Below are positions 1-7,826 of a stretch of DNA of 31,951 nt, piece after piece. The notes below the pieces were generated by a model, which worked only from the letters and a program-made list of their open reading frames with translations, was not told where the DNA came from and did not search any database. Origin of the DNA: an uncultured Hyphomicrobiales bacterium (lineage in GTDB: Bacteria > Bacteroidota > Ignavibacteria > Kapaibacteriales > UBA2268). Position 1 is the stretch's first letter, and each line of letters opens with the position of its first letter. Location of the stretch: assembly GCA_964493035.1 (NCBI GenBank), contig CAZBNQ010000002.1, forward strand, positions 1 to 31,951, written 5' to 3'. Position numbers and translations under genes: made by a program.

Positions 1-508
1 TTGCGGATGACTCTCTGTCTAATCTATACAAACCCAACGATTCAACATTTATCAAAGATTTATCAGGATAATTCGCTGCATTTGTCGTGTTGATAGCCTT
101 CAATGCAGTCAAATCAGCTACCGGCGCAATAATAGCACCTCCAATCCCTGTTGATATAGCATCAAGAGCAGCCTTAACTGCGTCAGCTCTCGGGATTTTA
201 TCACTTCCACCAATTAATACTGTCTCCACGCCATAGCCAGCGCCAAGATTATCACCTGTTGTACCTGCCCATGTAACAATATTACCGTTAGTACTTGAAG
301 ATTGCTTCTTAACCTGAGCATCATTAGTTACATTACCCAATCCAATATCAGCTTTTGTAGCTCCATGAGGATTGCCAACACTCGAAATGTGCGATTGAAT
401 ATTCGCATTTTTGGGCTCATACACCGTATTATGGTCATGTGATGATAATGCAAATCTACCATTTGCCCAAGTCTTTATTTTGCCTGCAAGATCCGTTAGA
501 AAACTCAT
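1..508 (-). CDS. Tail fibre-like protein, N-terminal part (runs off the left edge; not in the ORF track)
   Basis: Hand translation from ATG 508 (SD AAGGAG upstream): MSFLTDLAGKIKTWANGRFALSSHDHNTVYEPKNANIQSHISSVGNPHGATKADIGLGNVTNDAQVKK...; HxH and NPHxxTKAxxGLGNVxN motifs are typical of phage fibres. Confidence 0.75.
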   Translation of the reverse strand, partial: MSFLTDLAGKIKTWANGRFALSSHDHNTVYEPKNANIQSHISSVGNPHGATKADIGLGNVTNDAQVKKQSSSTNGNIVTWAGTTGDNLGAGYGVETVLIGGSDKIPRADAVKAALDAISTGIGGAIIAPVADLTALKAINTTNAANYPDKSLINVESLGLYRLDRESSA

Positions 509-518
509 TCATTACTCC

Positions 519-728
519 TTAAGAATATAAAATCAAATCAAATTGCGCCCATTGTTCCGGAGCTGCGTTAATATCATCCACATTATGATTATGTTCAACT
601 AATCCAGATATCGTTAAATGCACTACCTCACGAACTTCAACTACTCTTGTAGATTCGTTTTCTGTGACAACTTCAATATTGTTGTCAATTTTATCAATTT
701 TCGAGGTCTGGATTACATGCTCAATCAT
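519..728 (-). CDS. Small virion/tail-associated hypothetical protein
   Basis: In-operon ORF with a 4-nt overlap with the upstream gene; HNHNVDDI resembles the fibre HxH motif. Confidence 0.6.
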   Translation of the reverse strand: MIEHVIQTSKIDKIDNNIEVVTENESTRVVEVREVVHLTISGLVEHNHNVDDINAAPEQWAQFDLILYS

Positions 729-1033
729 GTTGTGTGTGTCCTTGTATTTCTAATTGAAAATGCACCTTCAATGCAAGGTGAAGTCATATCAGATATCATC
801 AAAATATCATAAGAATAATTGCCTGCAGGACAATTGATTGTTATTTCTTTAGGTATTTTAACAATTAAACTAGTACCTGAAGTAATAAAAGTCAGATCGG
901 CTATTAACCCACCTGTTGCATCTCTAACCTGACCAATAAATTCATTAGCCGATATGTCCGTTGGGAATCGGAATTCTGTCATAAAGTCCGTTCCCTTGTA
1001 TGCTATTAAATCACATTTACCGAACAGTGTCAT
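725..1033 (-). CDS. Ig-like/BppU-N-like virion accessory protein
   Basis: Pattern KGTDF...FIGQVR...GNYSYDILM...EGAFSI resembles small beta-sandwich phage structural domains. Confidence 0.55.
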   Translation of the reverse strand: MTLFGKCDLIAYKGTDFMTEFRFPTDISANEFIGQVRDATGGLIADLTFITSGTSLIVKIPKEITINCPAGNYSYDILMISDMTSPCIEGAFSIRNTRTHTT

Positions 1034-1038
1034 TGTAA

Positions 1039-1302
1039 TTACTTCCTTTCTTCAAATTTAAATGTTGCAAATAATCCTGCGCTTAAGCTTGTTACTTGTT
1101 GTTCTGTTAGACCTATACCTAAGCAATGATCTATTACATGGATAACTTCATGCAATAATGTTTCTTGAATAATATCTTCAGGCATTAAACTATTTAGATA
1201 TATTTTACCTAACTTTACATCACATCTTCCCATTAATGAAGTATCAGAAAATTCATTTGGTTCAATGAAATTTATTTCGTAATTTTTGCCTAATATTTTC
1301 AT
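1039..1302 (-). CDS. Small HEXXH zinc metallopeptidase-like protein (ImmA/IrrE-like fold)
   Basis: ETLLHEVIH motif preceded by G-x-C...IYLN; SD AAGAGG. Confidence 0.75.
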   Translation of the reverse strand: MKILGKNYEINFIEPNEFSDTSLMGRCDVKLGKIYLNSLMPEDIIQETLLHEVIHVIDHCLGIGLTEQQVTSLSAGLFATFKFEERK

Positions 1303-1321
1303 AATATAAAGCCTCTTAAAC

Positions 1322-1582
1322 GGGACACAAGTACTGTAGAAAATAAAAAGGAGATGATATTATGGCACGTAACACTGGTTCTAATAGTCGAATTGGCTCT
1401 GTAAAAAATAGAACTCAAACCCAAACACCAAATGGTACATGGATGAAACGGGACACTAATACAGGCCGATTTATTGGTGGCAAAACCAATGATCCTTACA
1501 AAGGTGTTGCAAAAGAATCTGATGGTCGTAGAGATAAATAATACTATATAGCCATAAATTGAGATTATCATACTTGTGTCCC
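1322..1582. mobile_element. 261-bp cassette bounded by perfect 12-bp inverted repeats (MITE/MIC-like or invertible)
   Basis: GGGACACAAGTA at 1322-1333 and TACTTGTGTCCC at 1571-1582; lies in the gap between two minus-strand genes; no clear target duplication. Confidence 0.55.
1362..1541 (+). CDS. 59-aa basic small protein (not in the ORF track)
   Basis: SD AAGGAG, then MARNTGSNSRIGSVKNRTQTQTPNGTWMKRDTNTGRFIGGKTNDPYKGVAKESDGRRDK*; resembles a widespread small hypothetical family with a W-x-KRD-x-x-TGRF core. Confidence 0.8.
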   Translation: MARNTGSNSRIGSVKNRTQTQTPNGTWMKRDTNTGRFIGGKTNDPYKGVAKESDGRRDK

Positions 1583-1588
1583 CAAAAA

Positions 1589-2113
1589 TTACTTCCTATA
1601 AATATATATAATGGTATCTAGCCTTTGAACCTCGTATCTCCGATAATTTGGAGTTTCTAACCTCCAAATAGTATAGCCGTTTTTATTGAACATCTTCTCT
1701 TTTTCGAATGAAATTGAGTCTGAAGCTATTTCTTTCCAATATACTGGATTTGACCTTATCACAATACTGTCAATTGGAGTAAGATTTTTTGCTTTATCTT
1801 GCTTCCATGTTATTTCGATATTGTCTTTTAAAAGCCCGTAGCCTGCATTTAATAGTTGACATGATGAAATTATTGGCAATAGCAATAAAATCAGAATGAG
1901 GAGCTTTTTACCTTGCTTTTTCTTGGTAATTTCCTCTTGGATTTTATTTTCAATTTCTTCCTTTTGATCCTCGATAATTTGTTCTGGGAATGAGGTGTCG
2001 ATACCGAACCGAACCTTAATCCATCTTAATAACATGATTAGTGCTGTTGCAAATAAAAATGCAATTACTAATAATGTTATCGGATCATTTAATATACTTA
2101 ACATGTATTCCAT
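1589..2113 (-). CDS. Membrane protein with an internal lipoprotein signal; spanin/holin-like lysis accessory
   Basis: N-terminal TM, charged linker, then KKQGKK-LLILILLLLPIISS-C lipobox-like segment; directly downstream of the endolysin. Confidence 0.6.
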   Translation of the reverse strand: MEYMLSILNDPITLLVIAFLFATALIMLLRWIKVRFGIDTSFPEQIIEDQKEEIENKIQEEITKKKQGKKLLILILLLLPIISSCQLLNAGYGLLKDNIEITWKQDKAKNLTPIDSIVIRSNPVYWKEIASDSISFEKEKMFNKNGYTIWRLETPNYRRYEVQRLDTIIYIYRK

Positions 2114-2155
2114 TTGATTTCCTTGACATTTATTTAATATTATTTTGTGTATTTA

Positions 2156-2875
2156 TTAATAAGTAGGTGTTCTTATCCTTACTGTCCCAAATTGGTCTAG
2201 CCATTTACTAAATTCATTGTCTGGTAGTGTGTAATTATAATTTCCTTGAACTTCACTTATATGTGTCGTTCCGTCAGCAATCATGCTTGAAAGAGTTACC
2301 TTTCTTATACTAACCTTATCGCTGACATTTCCGCCTATCACGTATCCGCTTTTCTGCTGTGCGTCCCATGAAAGAAAAACGTCTACGTGATGTCCGCCTC
2401 TGCGAGTTTTTACTCGGTAATCCCCAATTTGGGGAGTATATCTTTTATAAATTATATCGTTTAAAGTCCATGTTTTGCCTTGTGCAAAATCCCTGGCTCG
2501 AGCCGATTTGATTCTCGGATAAATAACCTTACCAAGATCAGCCCAAATACTCTGAGATGTTGCACACCAAGGCACTTCTAAGAGCTTGCAGTATCGGTTG
2601 AATTTATCAACCTCGAGACCGCTATTGCTCCCTTTGGGGCTTTCCTGCTCGTTCAGGTAGTATAGTGCCATTACTACGTGAAGCGGTATCGAGTTGCTGT
2701 CTATTTTCTGGCATTGCTGCAGGTTGCTCAATGTAGATTTTGGGACCTGCTTCGTTATCTCCGCCGATCGGATTGGTGATGTAGGAATAACCGAGGATAA
2801 ACCCCACCCCAAAGTAAATAGCGAACTCAAGCCCACCAATAGCATAAGCAACAGCATTTTTGGCTTGCTTTCCAA
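2156..2875 (-). CDS. CHAP-like (Cys/His) endolysin with an N-terminal signal/SAR-like segment
   Basis: E-x-PKGSNSG...PWCA...HHVDV...GGNVSDKV motifs; TTG start with AGGAG 6 nt upstream. Confidence 0.75.
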   Translation of the reverse strand: MESKPKMLLLMLLVGLSSLFTLGWGLSSVIPTSPIRSAEITKQVPKSTLSNLQQCQKIDSNSIPLHVVMALYYLNEQESPKGSNSGLEVDKFNRYCKLLEVPWCATSQSIWADLGKVIYPRIKSARARDFAQGKTWTLNDIIYKRYTPQIGDYRVKTRRGGHHVDVFLSWDAQQKSGYVIGGNVSDKVSIRKVTLSSMIADGTTHISEVQGNYNYTLPDNEFSKWLDQFGTVRIRTPTY

Positions 2876-3287
2876 TGGTGTCTCCTATGTAAAATACTTT
2901 GTCATACCATATTTTGAATATGGCGCCGATTGATGTGGTCAAAATGCCAAATGCAAATGGCACTAAAGGCAGTACCCATTTAATGGATATTACAGCAAAT
3001 ATTACTGCTATACCAAAAAGCATAGCTACATGAAAATTCCGTTTCCTATTAAAGGCAGGATCTTCATCACTTATATCGTGCTTTTCTTGCATATAATAAT
3101 CGAGTTTTTCCTCTATTCGGCTGAGAATATCTTCATCAAGCCGACCTGATTGAATTGCATCAAGTAATCTTTCATACTTATTTGCTAATTCTTTTTGCTC
3201 AGGTGTCATTTCAGATGGAGACATTGAATTAAGCAGTTTCTTCATCATTCCTTCAATATTATCAAGCCTTTCTTGAATTGTTCCCAT
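2622..3287 (-). CDS. Holin-like multi-TM membrane protein
   Basis: About three hydrophobic segments after a soluble N-terminus; immediately upstream of and overlapping the endolysin. Confidence 0.55.
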   Translation of the reverse strand: MGTIQERLDNIEGMMKKLLNSMSPSEMTPEQKELANKYERLLDAIQSGRLDEDILSRIEEKLDYYMQEKHDISDEDPAFNRKRNFHVAMLFGIAVIFAVISIKWVLPLVPFAFGILTTSIGAIFKIWYDKVFYIGDTIGKQAKNAVAYAIGGLEFAIYFGVGFILGYSYITNPIGGDNEAGPKIYIEQPAAMPENRQQLDTASRSNGTILPERAGKPQREQ

Positions 3288-3291
3288 CTGA

Positions 3292-3531
3292 TTATGCTCC
3301 TAATACTCGAATAAATTCTAATCCGATCGATAAAGCCAGTGAATCTTTATCAGCAACAGTAGCTAATTCTCTTTTGGCTTCTTTTACGCTATTTACTACC
3401 TCTTTTGCGAGCTGAAAAATTTGTATTTTATCGGCGTCGCTTTCCCCTTGTTTGGTTGCTACGAGGCTGTTGATAGCTTGCGTGAGATTGGTTATCTCTT
3501 TCATATAGTAAATCTCTGATTGTTTTAACAA
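3292..3531 (-). CDS. Hypothetical protein (lysis block)
   Basis: Helical 79-aa ORF ending 4 nt before the next start; overlaps the upstream gene by 104 nt; start uncertain. Confidence 0.5.
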   Translation of the reverse strand: MLKQSEIYYMKEITNLTQAINSLVATKQGESDADKIQIFQLAKEVVNSVKEAKRELATVADKDSLALSIGLEFIRVLGA

Positions 3532-3940
3532 TAATTTGTGGAATATTGTTTAGTGATTCCTGTATCTTCCCGACATACGTCTTAATTTCTGATACAGCAT
3601 GGTCGAGAACCTCAATTTTGGTGTTATGTTCGTTGATTATCTTCTCGTGCTGCTCTACAACTAATAATCTGTCATCAAAAGCATCAAGTTTTGTCATTAA
3701 TTGATCAACTTCAGCCCTATCAAGTCTGTTGTGAATGGTTTCTATCGACTCAAATATTGCCTCAATATCCTTATCGTGTGTTACGCATTTTTCTGCTTGC
3801 AGCACAGCATCTTTTTCTTCTTCTTTTTTTTTAGTACTAAAAAACTGCTTAACACCATAATAAACACCTACAATTGTTGCAATTCCCACGATTATACCAG
3901 CTAATGATACCATTATATTTAATATTAAAGTAAAATTCAC
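3428..3940 (-). CDS. N-terminally anchored coiled-coil membrane protein (holin/XhlA-like position)
   Basis: GTG at 3940 with an AGGAG SD overlapping the previous stop is a better start than 3988; one TM followed by a coiled coil. Confidence 0.6.
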   Translation of the reverse strand: MNFTLILNIMVSLAGIIVGIATIVGVYYGVKQFFSTKKKEEEKDAVLQAEKCVTHDKDIEAIFESIETIHNRLDRAEVDQLMTKLDAFDDRLLVVEQHEKIINEHNTKIEVLDHAVSEIKTYVGKIQESLNNIPQIIVKTIRDLLYERDNQSHASYQQPRSNQTRGKRRR

Positions 3941-3951
3941 TGTCCAGTCTC

Positions 3952-4380
3952 CTAATAAAATGATGGTGTATAAACAATTCTTATCCATGCGACATATAGT
4001 CCCGATTTATACCCTTTAACATCTACTATGTGATCAGCCACAAGTTTGAAATTTGGCAGTTTGTGCAAACATTCTCGGGCTATGTCATACAATTCCGAGA
4101 TTTTTACTTCACCTTTATTTTTATCATTGATATAAATCAATATGAGGTATGGATCATCAAAGCTATATATGCCTCCAATTGGTTCACCATAGACTTTAGC
4201 ATCTCTTCCTATATATACAACGCCATTATCAGCCTTGCTTTTAGCCTCAATTTCTAACTGATCATTGCCTTCTTCACTTGCAGGATATAATGTTGGTGTA
4301 ATTATAACCTTCCTCCCTGCTTCTGCATATGCCTGCTCAAGCTTGGATTTTAGTTCTTCTTTTACATCATTTGTTATCAT
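3952..4380 (-). CDS. Putative tail terminator/head-tail joining protein (Mu gp37-like position)
   Basis: Size and position after the gp36-like gene; TAATG coupling. Confidence 0.5.
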   Translation of the reverse strand: MITNDVKEELKSKLEQAYAEAGRKVIITPTLYPASEEGNDQLEIEAKSKADNGVVYIGRDAKVYGEPIGGIYSFDDPYLILIYINDKNKGEVKISELYDIARECLHKLPNFKLVADHIVDVKGYKSGLYVAWIRIVYTPSFY

Positions 4381-4811
4381 TACATGTTCTCCAGCCTGCT
4401 TTTGCTAAATAATCTGTCTGCAAGAGTTTTGTTTGTTACAAATACTGCAGCACTTGTAGATGTTTTAGGTATATTATGTAATTTTAAAGTTCCATTCATT
4501 ATTTCTGTTATTTTCTGTCTTGCTATGTTGTATCTGGCATACACGTCTTTCATCTCTTCATCATCGTATTTAGTTGCATAGAGATAATAGAGCACAATAT
4601 CAAATACAATACGCTTAATATAGTCATCTGGTACTACTGGTACAGCATATCCGGCAATTGACAATGCATTCTCCATTTCTGCAGATGCATCTCTGATCAA
4701 TGCGTTTACTCGCTCTTCATCGATCTCATCTGAATTGCCTTCTACTTGAGAAAGAGCGAGCAAATCCTCGCTCTTTACACGTAATTTGATATATGCTAAA
4801 TCAATGTACAT
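4380..4811 (-). CDS. Mu gp36-like (DUF1320) head-tail connector
   Basis: MYIDL...LLALS...IRDASAEMENALSIAGYAVPV...DIVLYYLY...YNIARQKITEIMNG pattern. Confidence 0.8.
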   Translation of the reverse strand: MYIDLAYIKLRVKSEDLLALSQVEGNSDEIDEERVNALIRDASAEMENALSIAGYAVPVVPDDYIKRIVFDIVLYYLYATKYDDEEMKDVYARYNIARQKITEIMNGTLKLHNIPKTSTSAAVFVTNKTLADRLFSKSRLENM

Positions 4812-5164
4812 TATATCTTGTACTTCACTAGTTCAACTTCAGTGATTGAACCTGAACTTGCTGCCGATAATGCTATTGCATTAACATAATTACCTGCTAC
4901 AGCTTTCACAGCAAAGCCGTTTGCGTCTGAAGTGAGTAGATCACCTGCAGCAACATTCTCAGATACCTTAATCAAAGCTGTTTGCCTGGTTACAACTGAT
5001 GCCAATTCACCACTTTTAAATGATTCATTGGTTACACCAATAGCTTTTACACCTGCACCGGCAACAGCCCCTCCATAAGTTACAAATACACCTTCAGGTA
5101 GATCAGCAGTTGCTTTTACTACAAGTCTTTCAGTAATTTTTGCGGTGGCATTAATAGCACTCAT
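4811..5164 (-). CDS. DUF2190-like capsid decoration/cement protein
   Basis: Ala/Gly/Val-rich; AIGVT...AAGDLLTSDANGFAV...ALSAAS pattern. Confidence 0.75.
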   Translation of the reverse strand: MSAINATAKITERLVVKATADLPEGVFVTYGGAVAGAGVKAIGVTNESFKSGELASVVTRQTALIKVSENVAAGDLLTSDANGFAVKAVAGNYVNAIALSAASSGSITEVELVKYKI

Positions 5165-5178
5165 TGATTTTTACCTCT

Positions 5179-5373
5179 CTATTGTTCTTTAATTTGTTCA
5201 TTTTCTACCATTTTCGGGATTGGTACCAAACCAAGCCTAGCGCCTTCAGATAATGGCATATTAATCACTGTATTAGGAGGATAAATTTTGCCATTGTAAG
5301 CTATTTTTGTCGCTGATTGGAAATCACCTGTCTCGATAACAGGTGATTCTGTATTTAAAGTTTGCTTAGCCAT
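5179..5373 (-). CDS. Small head-associated hypothetical protein
   Basis: Between the capsid and decoration genes; YNGKIYPPNTVI motif. Confidence 0.6.
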   Translation of the reverse strand: MAKQTLNTESPVIETGDFQSATKIAYNGKIYPPNTVINMPLSEGARLGLVPIPKMVENEQIKEQ

Positions 5374-5376
5374 AGT

Positions 5377-6330
5377 CTACGCCTTGGTATTTGTGATCAA
5401 GAAACCTGCTGTATTCATACAGATTTTTGGTTGATAGTAGTCAAATACTGCTACTTTTTGATATCTACCATATTGGCCTTCAGCTTTGCCAGCAATAGGA
5501 TAACCTTGCATTTGGAATGTATAACCAAATGATGGTGAATACATACTGCGTTTATCAAATGGACTCTTAGGCACATATGCAAGAACTGCGACATCACTCC
5601 ATAAATCAATAAAATCACCAGTTATTGGATCTTCATAAACACCTGATCCAATAACTACTTCAATTGGATTGTCCTTTGTTGATAATTTTGTTGAAATCAA
5701 ATCCTCTGTTACCATCGCACTTCCTGAGTATTTCACAATATCAATCAAAGTTTGATGCTCTTGAAGTAATTTGAAAGAAGATTCGCTTAAGAGCAATACA
5801 TTAGGCTTCTTTACTGTTTTTGCTCTAATCGTCGCAATAGCATCCTGAAGCTGATCTATTGGTTTTGAAGCTGCATTATCCCAGCAATCAGTAGTTGTCA
5901 ATGCTAATGAGTTACCACTTGCATAATTTGCTGAATCTTGAATGATTTGGACGCGTGCATATTCTTTCTGAAGCTCAAGAGAATCATAAAGAATACGTGT
6001 GTTATGAGTTTCCAAATCAATAATGTCGGCTGGTGCTTTCATTTCTCGATGATCAATGATGGTTTCTAAACCATGTTCTTCAAGTGAGAAATCACCGGTT
6101 GTATATGTATCTGTATTAATTTGTTGAATTTTGTCATCCTTAAAACCCAATTTTGAGTCATGGATCTTAAAGCTGTCTTTGCCGAAGATCGGGAATTTCC
6201 CACGCTCATATTTTACTGGCACTGTAGGCAATAATTTACTACCTACAAAACTTTCATTGCTAAAACCTTGAATAATGTTGGTTAACATTATATCTTTGTT
6301 TGCAAATAATTTATCTATTCTACCCGGCAT
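5377..6330 (-). CDS. Major capsid protein (HK97 fold, Mu-like/phage cap E type)
   Basis: 317 aa, coupled to the protease gene; LTNIIQGFSN...KPNVLLLSES...W..VAVLAY...PSFGYTF pattern. Confidence 0.85.
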   Translation of the reverse strand: MPGRIDKLFANKDIMLTNIIQGFSNESFVGSKLLPTVPVKYERGKFPIFGKDSFKIHDSKLGFKDDKIQQINTDTYTTGDFSLEEHGLETIIDHREMKAPADIIDLETHNTRILYDSLELQKEYARVQIIQDSANYASGNSLALTTTDCWDNAASKPIDQLQDAIATIRAKTVKKPNVLLLSESSFKLLQEHQTLIDIVKYSGSAMVTEDLISTKLSTKDNPIEVVIGSGVYEDPITGDFIDLWSDVAVLAYVPKSPFDKRSMYSPSFGYTFQMQGYPIAGKAEGQYGRYQKVAVFDYYQPKICMNTAGFLITNTKA

Positions 6331-7607
6331 TAGAGTCTCTCCATGATTTTTGTCAATTCTGTTGCATATGATGTGTTGTTCTTGATTGATAAACGCTCAG
6401 CCTCATTGTTGATACGTAAACGATCTTCGTCGTTCTCGATATCCATGTTTTTTAATTCATCGTCACTCAAACCTGCTTCATCAGCGAGATTTGGTTTACT
6501 TAATGGGGTTTTGAGCTGTTCGATCGTGTTATTTCTTGCTTCGATTTCCTTAATTTTACTTTCGTAAAGTGAAATACCGTCAGCATTTTTCAAAGTCTCC
6601 TCATTCTTCTTAAAATGAATAAGGTTGCGTTTCAACTCAAATTGATTTTGCTCATTATTTTCATATGGCAAAATCTTATTTGATAGTCTGGATATAGCTG
6701 CTTCAACTTCAGCTTCGATTTTAGAATCCTGAAGTTGACTCTGAAGTGATTTATATTTATTAATCTCTTCTACATGTTGAGCAATCTGAGCATCTTTAGT
6801 CTTGATTTCGTTATTAGCGGTATCAAGTTGTGTTGCTAAGTTTGCAATTTGGGTCTCAAAAGCTTTTTTTTCTTCTACTAATACCTTATTTTGATTTTCT
6901 AAGGTAGTAGCATCGTTATCACGCTTAAAAAACTTCTGAATCCACTCTTGTATATCAGCCATTTCTTCTTCGTCCTTTTGTTTGTTAGTGATATTCTCGT
7001 TAATTATTTGATTCATCCATTCAAATTCAGTATCATTCAAAATTCCAGTATTTAAAGAGTTCTTTAATATTTTTTTTAGCTCAGCTCCTGTATTTGCGGG
7101 TATTGGCACAATTGATATCTCTGTTAATTCTGATTTAGTAATAAGATCATAACTAGTGCGCCATTTTGGTAAATTCAAAGTAGCTCTTTCTTCTTCTGAC
7201 AATGGGATTTCTGTATAATCATTTGCGTTCAATCCAATTGAAGCCATCTTAAAAACACCAATATCCACCATTTTTTTAACAAACTTGGATTCATTAGTTT
7301 CCTCATGGAACCAGATATCAGCGTATAAGTCAGCTCCTTCCGCCCATGTATTCAAAGCTATACCAACTGGGAATGTATACCTATTGTGAATGAACAGTAT
7401 TACAGGATTGTTTAAAAATTCTTTAAGATTAATACCTGCCGTGATGAATTTCCACCCATTTCTATTAATCCTCTCATCAGATACTTTCCAACGATAAACT
7501 GTTTTGCCTTTGTAAATATCTTGTGATGAATTATTATTTATTTGAAAAATATTTGGTTTTTTTTCAAAATCCATCATTTTTTCTTTGTCTTTTACGTCAG
7601 TATCCAT
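6330..7607 (-). CDS. HK97-type (S78) prohead protease fused to a coiled-coil scaffold
   Basis: NPVILFIHN, ASIG and LTEISIVPIPAN motifs; C-terminal half is coiled coil. Confidence 0.85.
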   Translation of the reverse strand: MDTDVKDKEKMMDFEKKPNIFQINNNSSQDIYKGKTVYRWKVSDERINRNGWKFITAGINLKEFLNNPVILFIHNRYTFPVGIALNTWAEGADLYADIWFHEETNESKFVKKMVDIGVFKMASIGLNANDYTEIPLSEEERATLNLPKWRTSYDLITKSELTEISIVPIPANTGAELKKILKNSLNTGILNDTEFEWMNQIINENITNKQKDEEEMADIQEWIQKFFKRDNDATTLENQNKVLVEEKKAFETQIANLATQLDTANNEIKTKDAQIAQHVEEINKYKSLQSQLQDSKIEAEVEAAISRLSNKILPYENNEQNQFELKRNLIHFKKNEETLKNADGISLYESKIKEIEARNNTIEQLKTPLSKPNLADEAGLSDDELKNMDIENDEDRLRINNEAERLSIKNNTSYATELTKIMERL

Positions 7608-7671
7608 ATCGCTAATCCATTGTTAATTCTAACTTTCTGGCAATTTAACAATTCAAAACCTGAAATATGAA

Positions 7672-7791
7672 CCGATTTCCAGTCGGATTTCCAGTCGGAA
7701 ATTCCGTCGGATCTTAAGGCTGAAAATCAGTCGGATCTCAAGTCTGAAATTCCGTCGGATTTCAAGTTCGTTTTTCCGTTCAAAATTCCGC
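7672..7791. repeat. Ten degenerate tandem 12-bp units (consensus about CGGAWWTYCMGT), several with dyad symmetry
   Basis: ccgatttccagt cggatttccagt cggaaattccgt cggatcttaagg ctgaaaatcagt cggatctcaagt ctgaaattccgt cggatttcaagt tcgtttttccgt tcaaaattccgc. Confidence 0.9.
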
Positions 7792-7826
7792 ACTTTTGTA
7801 ATATTTAATATTATAAAGAGGTTAGC

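Noticed and set aside
1299-1571. 90-aa minus-strand ORF in the track
   Set aside because: Shadow of the plus-strand 59-aa gene, which has a strong SD and a recognisable sequence pattern
3824-3832. A9 run in the coding strand as a phase-variation or frameshift site
   Set aside because: Expected in AT-rich Lys codons; not in the A-AAA-AAG frame; no downstream stimulator seen
7672-7791. Array as a CRISPR or DGR repeat
   Set aside because: No spacers, 12-bp period, and no cas or reverse transcriptase gene in the window
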